A stretch of DNA of 34,667 nt from a virus. Taxonomy: Duplodnaviria > Caudoviricetes. The first letter of the stretch is position 1; each line of letters begins with the position of its first letter. A model generated the notes under the pieces. That model had not been told where the DNA came from, did not search any database, and worked only from the letters and a program-made list of their open reading frames with translations. The translations under genes were made by a program, and so were the position numbers. The stretch lies in IMG/VR virus record IMGVR_UViG_3300035673_000153, positions 1 through 34,667 of that record. One strand, 5' to 3'. Below are positions 26,509 to 33,615 of the stretch, in pieces.

Positions 26509-27377
26509 GCGACAGCCCTCCTATAACCAGCTCGCACAACTTCAAGCGCGGCCTCGTCAAGCTCGCCGCGACTTTCCAATATTGTCAGGCGTTCAAGTTC
26601 GGTTGTGTCGTCGATGCCTTGGAGGATCAGCCAACCATCCGAGCCGAGGCGAGCAGCAAGCCGGTTCTGGACCAGATCAGGACGCTCTACGGCGGCGGGC
26701 GGGGCGGCGGACGCCACCACGAAAGATTTTCTCTCGGGTGCCGCCTGCCCGCTTGCTACGGCGCCTGCTGGAGGGCGCGCTGCGCGGGCAGGCTGTGTCG
26801 GCGTGACACTGGAGATATCGATAGTAGTGGTGGTTTCCGTACTATGCGCAGTAGTGGTGGTTTCCGTACTATGGATTTTGCGTTTTCGGTACGGTTTCCG
26901 TACTGACTTTTGACGTGAACCGTACCTCAAAAACTGTTTTTGTATTGGCCTCTCGGCTCTGGCCTGATCTGCGATCCGGCGGGCTTCGTCGTCGGTCTCG
27001 ATCTTCATCCATTCGTGGGTGCCGTCGCCGATCCCGCCCTTGGCGTGCCGGTACGTCAGGCGGAATAGATTTGGCTTTCGAAACTCCGCTCCTCCGGCAA
27101 CACCTTCTTCGGTAATTTCGGCGAAGCCGAGCGCCACAGTCTCCCGAATCGCGGGATAGATCGCTTGGCGGTGCAGCCCGTATCGCTGGAAATCGTCATA
27201 GGTGACAGGCAACCTGCCGTTGTCGGCCCCGCCATGGTCGGCGAGTTCGATTTCCAGACGGTCTAGTACGCGACGGGCCGAAAGGCTTAAGACGCAATAT
27301 GCCGGCGAGCGCAGCATATCAATGCGCCTAGGGGCGAATTGCGCGCCGATGGTGGTGCTGCGGCCTCGTCGGCTCAA
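26505..27377 (-). CDS. Replication initiator (winged-helix, lambda O-like role)
   Basis: N-terminal wHTH (SPAY..LSLSARRVL..NGRL..AIRE..ALGF..PNLFRLTY), internal direct repeats, position after CII-like genes; TTG start overlapping the upstream stop. Confidence 0.75.
   Translation of the reverse strand: MSRRGRSTTIGAQFAPRRIDMLRSPAYCVLSLSARRVLDRLEIELADHGGADNGRLPVTYDDFQRYGLHRQAIYPAIRETVALGFAEITEEGVAGGAEFRKPNLFRLTYRHAKGGIGDGTHEWMKIETDDEARRIADQARAERPIQKQFLRYGSRQKSVRKPYRKRKIHSTETTTTAHSTETTTTIDISSVTPTQPARAARPPAGAVASGQAAPERKSFVVASAAPPAAVERPDLVQNRLAARLGSDGWLILQGIDDTTELERLTILESRGELDEAALEVVRAGYRRAVA
26823..26904. repeat. Iteron-like direct repeats (probable replication origin)
   Basis: AGTAGTGGTGGTTTCCGTACTATG at 26823-26846 and 26850-26873; core GGTTTCCGTACT again at 26893-26904; A/T tracts at 26928-26946. 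Confidence 0.8.
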
Positions 27378-27649
27378 ACGGCACCGCCTGGCGCGTCAAA
27401 GACGACATGCCACATCGCGGCGCGTATCGCGCCTTCCATCCCGAGCAGTTCGCGCTCGATTGTTGGCTCCGGGACACCGCGGCGACGCAATGCGTCGGCT
27501 TGGCACTGCAGTTGCCGCTCGATATGTCGTTCCGCCTTTTCCGGCGTTAGGCAGAGAGCGTATTCCGCTTGCCTTTGGATAAGGTCGACCCGCCGCGCCA
27601 GCGGAAACGGCACGATATCGGCGCTGCGTTGGACCGGTTGCCGTTTCAA
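27374..27649 (-). CDS. DUF6074-like protein
   Basis: IVPFPLARR...LRRRGVPE..IEREL pattern. Confidence 0.7.
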   Translation of the reverse strand: MKRQPVQRSADIVPFPLARRVDLIQRQAEYALCLTPEKAERHIERQLQCQADALRRRGVPEPTIERELLGMEGAIRAAMWHVVFDAPGGAV

Positions 27650-27828
27650 CTTGGGAATCCCGCCGGCATTCCCGATTGCGCTCCCGGTGGGAGGTGACCG
27701 GGACTCCCGTTGTGGATGTTCGGTGGAAATGCGGACGGTTGAGCCGTGACGTTTGGGGAAGGCGTCACGGCTGAGCCGTGACCTTTTCTGCCGGTGCTGG
27801 TGACATAGGCGCTAACCCTCGTCAGCAT
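27646..27828 (-). CDS. Low-complexity 60-aa ORF over a hairpin cluster
   Basis: TGATG and TTGA overlaps at both ends support translation; product looks unstructured. Confidence 0.45.
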   Translation of the reverse strand: MLTRVSAYVTSTGRKGHGSAVTPSPNVTAQPSAFPPNIHNGSPGHLPPGAQSGMPAGFPS

Positions 27829-28448
27829 CAGCGGCGTGCTCCGCTGGATCGACCCGCGCGTCCGCGTCCGCTACCAGCCACGGCGACACGAGCCGCGCCC
27901 GCCACTTGGCCGATATCAGAATCCACCACCCGAGCCATGTCCGGGCGTTGTAGGCCCAGGGCAACTTCGGCGCGGTCGATTCCGGCGTTGATAGTTCGGT
28001 TGGCATCAAGCGCACCTTTGATCCGACGCCGCGCGCCAGTTTCCGCTGGCGCGCTCGTCTCCAGTTTTAAAATTCGTTGTTCACCTTCGAAGCGTTGGCG
28101 CTTGATATCGGCGACTTCCATCACCTGCTTTGCCCACCACCACCACTTCGGTTTGGCTTCGCCCATCAACTCGACGAGCAGATCAAGCCCGTCGTCAGTC
28201 TGCAGCATCAGTTGCAATTCTTCGACGCTGTAAGCACGTTGAACGGCCGCGCGATGCTTCGCAGCATGTTCTTTCAATCCGAGTGTTTCAGCAATCAAAG
28301 TCCACGTTTTACGGGGCTTTCTCGCGATAAACAGTTCGGTGATGAAGTGGTGAATTGGAGAAAGTGTATCCGAAACGGATATTCTGCATCCGCTTTGGCT
28401 ACGTTCCGATTTGGCGTTCTTGGCGTTGCCCGCGTAGGCTTCGTGCAT
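27828..28448 (-). CDS. CII-position regulator (HTH)
   Basis: Follows cro; KTWTLIAETLGLKEHAAKHR HTH-like segment. Confidence 0.6.
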   Translation of the reverse strand: MHEAYAGNAKNAKSERSQSGCRISVSDTLSPIHHFITELFIARKPRKTWTLIAETLGLKEHAAKHRAAVQRAYSVEELQLMLQTDDGLDLLVELMGEAKPKWWWWAKQVMEVADIKRQRFEGEQRILKLETSAPAETGARRRIKGALDANRTINAGIDRAEVALGLQRPDMARVVDSDIGQVAGAARVAVAGSGRGRAGRSSGARR

Positions 28449-28522
28449 CGGATTTCTCGCAAAAGGATACGCAATGAGACACGAAGAGGCGGACCAGCGC
28501 GGACGGCGCCGACCGACTGAGA

Positions 28523-28858
28523 TCAGCCGCTCGCCTCAGCTGGCGCGGCGCGATCTACGCCATCGGCGAGCGACGGCGATTCGAGAGTTCGAGATTTGGG
28601 ACCGCCGCATGATCCGGCAGCATGGCCCGCTGTACCATCTGGCGATGGAGTGGACGCTGCACTGAGGTCAGGGAAAATCTGAGCCGCATAAGTCTCGACC
28701 TTTTTCCATTTCGAAAAGGTCGGGCTGCTGGTTCCGGACTTCCAACGACTCCAATTCGAAACGGCAACACCGGCACTTTTGCAGAAGTCGCGGATCGGAA
28801 TGCGATTGAGACGAGCCTGCCCCTCGATAGCAGAGATTTGTCGCTGAAGATCGAACAT
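28523..28858 (-). CDS. cro: Cro-like HTH repressor
   Basis: IRDFCKSAGVAVSNWSRWKSGTSSP XRE-type HTH, divergent from the CI-like gene. Confidence 0.85.
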   Translation of the reverse strand: MFDLQRQISAIEGQARLNRIPIRDFCKSAGVAVSNWSRWKSGTSSPTFSKWKKVETYAAQIFPDLSAASTPSPDGTAGHAAGSCGGPKSRTLESPSLADGVDRAAPAEASG

Positions 28859-28909
28859 AAGCGCAAACTAGCGCCTGATGGTCATTCAGGCAAGCGCAAA
28901 TTTGAGCCT
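28859..28909. promoter_or_regulatory. Right operator pair overlapping pR
   Basis: AAGCGCAAACTAGCGCCT (28859-28876) and AAGCGCAAATTTGAGCCT (28892-28909); minus-strand TTGCCT-17 nt-TAGTTT promoter at 28893-28865. Confidence 0.85.
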
Positions 28910-28964
28910 TCCACACATCGTGAAAGACCTGTCTATAACGATCAAGGCCACCTGGACGCGCAAA

Positions 28965-29762
28965 ATGGACCCGCCGGACATCTTTCCAGAACCCGATTTG
29001 CCATCTTCAACGGCGATATTCCCGCCGGCAGACCATTCGCCCGCCGGGCTCAGGGCATGGATTGCTGCAACCTGCGGATATTTAGACATTACTCCAACGC
29101 AATTTGCGAAATACGCAAGTTTGGCGCCATCGACAATCAACCGCTTCCTCAGAAGCGACGACACTGCGGTGAGCCTCAGCGCGCGGACGATCGACATTCT
29201 ATTGGAAGCCGCGCGTAAGGTTGAAAAGGATGTCGATTATATCGCCAAAAACCGAGCGCAGTTAGGAGCGGAGACCGGCCCTTTTCTGATTGATATCACA
29301 CTCGCTGGCCCAGCGGCTGCAGGTCTGTTTTATGACCAAAACAACGTGATTCGTATTCGGCATTTGCGAATACCGATTCGGGCGCCCTTTCACCTTCATA
29401 ACATTTTCGCTCTTGAGATCGCCGACGACCACGCAAGCCCGGTTTTTAAAAAGGGATCGATTGTGGTCGCTTGCCCCTTCAGAGGTATTGGTGGTCGATC
29501 CATTCTTCAGCCCCGTGATGGCGACTACGTTGTTGTTCCCCAATTTGTACAGGAACCAGGGCCGTTCCTCGGCGAATGGACGATCAGGAGATTCGTCGTA
29601 AGTCCAAGCGGCGGGGCATGGCTGGTTCCCATCAACCCACAAGCAAACATCCCTGACGTTTTCCTAAGTAGCGCCGAAAATTATCAAAACCAGGCATCTC
29701 CAGTGCTGAAACGGCCACATAGCCTTGTGATTGAGAGCATCCAGGCCCACGCCGTGAGATAA
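28965..29762 (+). CDS. cI: CI-like repressor (HTH + degenerate S24-like domain)
   Basis: TPTQFAKYASLAPSTINRFL HTH; AAG linker; FALEIADDHASPVF..GSIVV and EWTIRRF align with S24 motifs. Start uncertain: ATG 28878 lies between the operators, so 28965 is preferred. Confidence 0.8.
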   Translation: MDPPDIFPEPDLPSSTAIFPPADHSPAGLRAWIAATCGYLDITPTQFAKYASLAPSTINRFLRSDDTAVSLSARTIDILLEAARKVEKDVDYIAKNRAQLGAETGPFLIDITLAGPAAAGLFYDQNNVIRIRHLRIPIRAPFHLHNIFALEIADDHASPVFKKGSIVVACPFRGIGGRSILQPRDGDYVVVPQFVQEPGPFLGEWTIRRFVVSPSGGAWLVPINPQANIPDVFLSSAENYQNQASPVLKRPHSLVIESIQAHAVR

Positions 29763-29811
29763 GCGCAAATTTGCGCTTTACAATTCTAGCCATAAGCGCA
29801 TATTAGCTCCC
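29761..29811. promoter_or_regulatory. Left operator pair overlapping pL
   Basis: Perfect palindrome AAGCGCAAATTTGCGCTT (29761-29778) and AAGCGCATATTAGCTCCC (29794-29811); TTTACA -35 at 29777-29782. Confidence 0.85.
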
Positions 29812-29834
29812 GTAGCCACTCGGGAGCCGCCGCC

Positions 29835-30041
29835 ATGTCCGCCGCCGCAACGGTCACCACCGCCGACATCTTCAGGTCCGCCACCGGGGCGCCATATGCC
29901 TGCAACGTCGATCTGGCGGAATGGTACGCGGACGATCCAGAACTCCACACAGCGGCGCTAGCGGCCCTCAGCACCACCGGCAAATTCAATGAAAGCTACG
30001 GCGGCATTTACCTAGTGCCGGCTGGCGAAGGCGCCGCGTGA
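29835..30041 (+). CDS. Early hypothetical protein (68 aa)
   Basis: GGGAG RBS; first ORF after pL. Confidence 0.7.
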   Translation: MSAAATVTTADIFRSATGAPYACNVDLAEWYADDPELHTAALAALSTTGKFNESYGGIYLVPAGEGAA

Positions 30042-30190
30042 TGCGCCTCGTATTCAAAAACAGCGCCATTGAAATTTGGTCGGTCCCTGAGAGTTGGGGG
30101 ACCGACTTCTACGTGTACGGCGTCACCGCCAGCGGCGACCCGCGCGTGTGCCCGTCAATCGGCATGGCCCAAGAGGTTGCGGCGCAATGA
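30041..30190 (+). CDS. Early hypothetical protein (49 aa, not in ORF track)
   Basis: MRLVFKNSAIEIWSVPESWGTDFYVYGVTASGDPRVCPSIGMAQEVAAQ; TGATG and ATGA overlaps at both ends. Confidence 0.7.
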   Translation: MRLVFKNSAIEIWSVPESWGTDFYVYGVTASGDPRVCPSIGMAQEVAAQ

Positions 30191-31071
30191 GCACCACGAC
30201 CGAAACTTATGAGGCATGCCCTATAAAACGGGTGAGGGCGACTAAGGAGGCGGTCCTAGGTCGCCGCCAGCAGTTGTTCAATATCGTCGCCGCCATGAAG
30301 CCGATGACGGTCCGGCAGGCGTTCTACCAAGCCACGGTTCGCAACGTGGTGGAGAAGTCGGAGGCTGGATACAACAAAGTCCAGACCGATCTTGTTCAGA
30401 TGCGCAAGGCTGGCACGCTGCCTTACGATTGGCTTGCAGATGTTACCCGGTGGCAGCGCCGCCCGCTCACATACAACGGTGTCCAGGAAGCCCTGGACAA
30501 CACGGCGCAGTTTTATCGCAAGTCGCTTTGGGCCGATGCCGCCGCATATGTAGAGGTGTGGCTGGAGAAGGACGCGTTAGCCGGCGTCATCATGCCGATC
30601 ACGTCGATGTACGACGTGCCTTTGATGGTGGCGCGTGGTTACGCCAGCCTCTCGTTCCTGCATTCCGCCGCCGAATACATCGGCTCGATCGACGTTCCTG
30701 CCTACATCTACCACTGCGGCGACTTCGACCCGTCCGGCGTCAATGCTGGCGAGAAGATCGAGGAGACGCTGAGGGAAATGGCACCGGATGCTGAAATCCA
30801 CTTCAAGCGGATCGCAGTAACTCCATGGCAGATCGAATACTGGAACCTGCCAACACGTCCGACAAAAACGTCAGACACCCGCTCAAAAAAGTTCGGTGAC
30901 ATATCGGTCGAACTCGACGCTATCGATCCTGAAAAGTTGCGCGGGTTGGTGCGGGCTGAGATTGAGCAGCACCTTCCTCCCCGCCAATTTGAAATCCTAA
31001 AAATCGCAGAAGAAAGCGAACGCGACCTCCTGCAAAGCCTCGTCCGAGAAATCGCAGAGAGGGCGCAATGA
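30187..31071 (+). CDS. Spo11/Topo VI-A-like winged-helix + Toprim protein
   Basis: TVRQAFY, VEVWLEKDA, ARGY, GDFDPSG, ELDAI motifs; start placed at ATG 30187 (GAGG RBS). Confidence 0.85.
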   Translation: MSTTTETYEACPIKRVRATKEAVLGRRQQLFNIVAAMKPMTVRQAFYQATVRNVVEKSEAGYNKVQTDLVQMRKAGTLPYDWLADVTRWQRRPLTYNGVQEALDNTAQFYRKSLWADAAAYVEVWLEKDALAGVIMPITSMYDVPLMVARGYASLSFLHSAAEYIGSIDVPAYIYHCGDFDPSGVNAGEKIEETLREMAPDAEIHFKRIAVTPWQIEYWNLPTRPTKTSDTRSKKFGDISVELDAIDPEKLRGLVRAEIEQHLPPRQFEILKIAEESERDLLQSLVREIAERAQ

Positions 31072-31172
31072 CACTCATCCGCACCATGGCCGCATCGTTC
31101 CCGACGTTCGCGGCGCTCACCCTTTTCCTTTCCACCATCGCTGTTTGGTCCGCAATTTTTTGCGGAGCGTGA
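31068..31172 (+). CDS. 34-aa single-helix membrane peptide (not in ORF track)
   Basis: MTLIRTMAASFPTFAALTLFLSTIAVWSAIFCGA; ATGA overlap, GAGG RBS. Confidence 0.6.
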   Translation: MTLIRTMAASFPTFAALTLFLSTIAVWSAIFCGA

Positions 31173-31201
31173 TCGGCGCGTCCGATACGGGAGTAACGAC
31201 A

Positions 31202-31909
31202 ATGCTTCAAGTCCCTGCCACGACAAGGGTACGGGTCCGCCTCTTCTCTTCGGCGGCAACCCCTAAATCCCGCAAGCCCTCTCCAATCGTTCGAACATGC
31301 GCGTTGCTGGAGATCGCTTCCGCCGAATTCAAGGCCGCACATGCGAAATTCGCTGATGCCGAGCGGGCTGAGCACGCCGCAAGACCGCCAGCTCCACCGG
31401 CACTCCGGTCAACGAAACGAAATCTTGCTGAAGTGACGTGCTACGCTCTAGGCCGCACCGCCAGATGTGCAATTAGCAGCGCTGAAATTCGACACGAAAT
31501 TGCCCGCGTCAAGAGCAATAGCGTCAAGGCTGAGACGTCCGGCGGCGTGCGCCACATCATCGTTTCCGACGCCGGTTTTCCTCTGACGGGGAAGCAGCGC
31601 GCAAGGCTGGCACGGCTGGAAACCAAACTTGCTGTGGCGGAAGCCTACGAAGCGAAATGCCGCGCGATCAAAAACCGCTTCAGGGTCGAAGAACTCAACG
31701 TCAAGACGGACGAGGCTTCCGACAGACAGGTGAAGATTTTGAGCCGGTTGGTAAAGCTGCTGGCCAGAAACCGCGATGACTTGCTGGCAAAGGTCGGAGC
31801 CTACCAAGCGGAATATGGACTGTTCCACGGCGAAGGTGGTGGCGAGGATCACTTGGCCCATTCCATCGTGCGCGATGTCCAACGTCTCACCGCTAATTCG
31901 ATCATCTGA
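31202..31909 (+). CDS. Hypothetical helical protein (235 aa)
   Basis: GGGAG RBS before ATG 31202. Confidence 0.7.
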   Translation: MLQVPATTRVRVRLFSSAATPKSRKPSPIVRTCALLEIASAEFKAAHAKFADAERAEHAARPPAPPALRSTKRNLAEVTCYALGRTARCAISSAEIRHEIARVKSNSVKAETSGGVRHIIVSDAGFPLTGKQRARLARLETKLAVAEAYEAKCRAIKNRFRVEELNVKTDEASDRQVKILSRLVKLLARNRDDLLAKVGAYQAEYGLFHGEGGGEDHLAHSIVRDVQRLTANSII

Positions 31910-31972
31910 TTCCACACCGATCCGCGCGTAAAGCGCGGGCGAGACGGCCGCGCGCCCGTTGGAGGATTTACT

Positions 31973-32497
31973 GTGCTGCAGGATACAAAAACTTCGAATC
32001 ATCCGCCGCAGATGCTCACGGTGCCACCGCGCCAGCAACGCGCCAGCAACACCCAGGGGCCGCGCAACAAGAAACCGACACTTCAGTCTGTTGTGCGAGC
32101 AGAAATCATGCCGATCGGCGACGAGGCCGATCTTCTCGATCTGATGTGCCATTTGCAGGAGCGTAACGATATCGGCTCTGCCATCGCGCTTTATCAGGCT
32201 TACAGCGCTATCGCCGATACCTTCAATGCGGCGATCAATCAGCCGAGGACCAAAGATCTCGCCGCCGCCTATATCGAGGATGAAGCATCCCGAGCCTGGG
32301 CCAAGGCGTACCTTGTCGCTGACTTCTTGAAGGACATGCGCCCGAACAAGATCAACGTCGACTTTTATGCCGAAGTGCTACTGGCTTGTGCAAGTCAAAT
32401 GGGCGCCACGCTTTCGGAGATCGCCGCTATCGCGACCGAAATTGCGGTGATGCCCTTGGACGGTCCCTCGCGCATCGAGCCGAGGGAGCAACGCTGA
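31973..32497 (+). CDS. Hypothetical helical protein (174 aa)
   Basis: GGAGGA RBS before GTG 31973. Confidence 0.75.
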   Translation: MLQDTKTSNHPPQMLTVPPRQQRASNTQGPRNKKPTLQSVVRAEIMPIGDEADLLDLMCHLQERNDIGSAIALYQAYSAIADTFNAAINQPRTKDLAAAYIEDEASRAWAKAYLVADFLKDMRPNKINVDFYAEVLLACASQMGATLSEIAAIATEIAVMPLDGPSRIEPREQR

Positions 32498-33183
32498 TGT
32501 TACAGCTACCGCATGAATCAACACCGCGAGCGCTTCGCATCCATCCGTCCCGCAAGGCCATTAAAAAGAAGCCGCTGGCAAAGCTCTCGACGCTGGAAAG
32601 GGCGATCGCTGACCACAAGGCCAAGGCGCGGCTTTATCGAAACCGCCTATCCGATGAACAGCGGCTGCATGACGCTCACCCCGAGCTTGCCGATTGTCGC
32701 CCGTCAATCCATTTCTGGACCAGCCGCGATGGCAAGCAACATCACGGATGCTGCCTGATAGACTTCAATCGTGTGTTCCCGCCGCAACTCGATCGCATAT
32801 CGCCCGGCAACGTCAAGGCCCGCAAGAAATTCCTAGCTGATCTGGAAGCCGCCTATCCTGAGCATCAGCGCCTAAGGAGGCGCGCCGGGATCACGCGCGC
32901 GGAGAGCCGGCGATATGAGGCCAGCCGCTCAGAATATATCGCTTTTCAGCAGTTCATCAAAATCGTTCCGACAACTCGTTCGGAGATCGGCCGTTATACC
33001 CGCTACCTCCTTCTAGCAACGAAAGGAAAAGTTGGCGGCGGGTTCTGCTGTTCGATCTCAACCACTCGCTTCGACAAACTCGGAATCTCTTTTGAGGATT
33101 ATAAAGAAAGACAAAAAGCCGCGTTTGGCTATCTGTACGCCGCTGTCAGCGCATTGGCCCGCCGCGGAACAGAAAAGGCTTGA
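32497..33183 (+). CDS. Hypothetical helical protein (228 aa)
   Basis: GGGAG RBS and TGATG overlap at 32497. Confidence 0.7.
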   Translation: MLQLPHESTPRALRIHPSRKAIKKKPLAKLSTLERAIADHKAKARLYRNRLSDEQRLHDAHPELADCRPSIHFWTSRDGKQHHGCCLIDFNRVFPPQLDRISPGNVKARKKFLADLEAAYPEHQRLRRRAGITRAESRRYEASRSEYIAFQQFIKIVPTTRSEIGRYTRYLLLATKGKVGGGFCCSISTTRFDKLGISFEDYKERQKAAFGYLYAAVSALARRGTEKA

Positions 33184-33186
33184 ACC

Positions 33187-33615
33187 GTGGCCGCTGGCGA
33201 CCGCACAATAGATCAAGTTGTGGCTGAGCTGCTGATCAGCAAACGGACCTTGGACACTTGGCTTGCGGCGGACCTGTTGCGCTCGATCGATGATCGGCGG
33301 TTTCAATTTCACACCATGCGCGGGCGGAAGCGGATATGGTCGACAACAGCGTTCCAAAATCTGGAAGCGGCGATCGAAAGGGAAAGCGCCCCGGGCGGCG
33401 TTCTCGCGGGGTTAGGCTCAAAGAGCGCGACGGTTTCTGGCACGCTGCTGGTTCCCTACGGGTCGCAGGCCGTTCAGTCCGCCTCAGACAAAGTCTTAAC
33501 TTGGCCATTGCGACCACCGCTCAAAGCGAAGCCGAAACCGCACTTGAATCCTTCGTCGAAGATGTCAAGGCGAAGATTACCGGCAAGGCAGGGCGTGGTG
33601 ATCCCATTGCGATAG
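33187..33615 (+). CDS. Excisionase-like winged-HTH protein
   Basis: TIDQVVAELLISKRTLDTWL...RGRKRIW pattern immediately before the integrase. Confidence 0.7.
   Translation: MAAGDRTIDQVVAELLISKRTLDTWLAADLLRSIDDRRFQFHTMRGRKRIWSTTAFQNLEAAIERESAPGGVLAGLGSKSATVSGTLLVPYGSQAVQSASDKVLTWPLRPPLKAKPKPHLNPSSKMSRRRLPARQGVVIPLR

Noticed and set aside
26823-26904. Direct repeats as a mini-CRISPR
   Set aside because: Only 3 nt separate the two full copies, they are in-frame within a gene, and no cas genes are present; iterons fit better.
27812-28015. 67-aa alternative-frame ORF inside the CII-like gene
   Set aside because: Almost fully nested; the CII-like frame already links to the next gene by a TGATG overlap.
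28853-28868. GAAC-N8-AAAC as a LexA box at the cro start
   Set aside because: Spacing and second half-site do not match GAAC-N7-GAAC; the sequence is explained by the operator.
28878-28964. Longer N-terminus for CI from ATG 28878
   Set aside because: Start lies between the operators, upstream of the likely pRM -10; not excluded but less plausible.
30187-31071. Wadjet (JetABCD) defence system
   Set aside because: Only the Toprim-fold gene is present; no SMC, kleisin or KITE genes.
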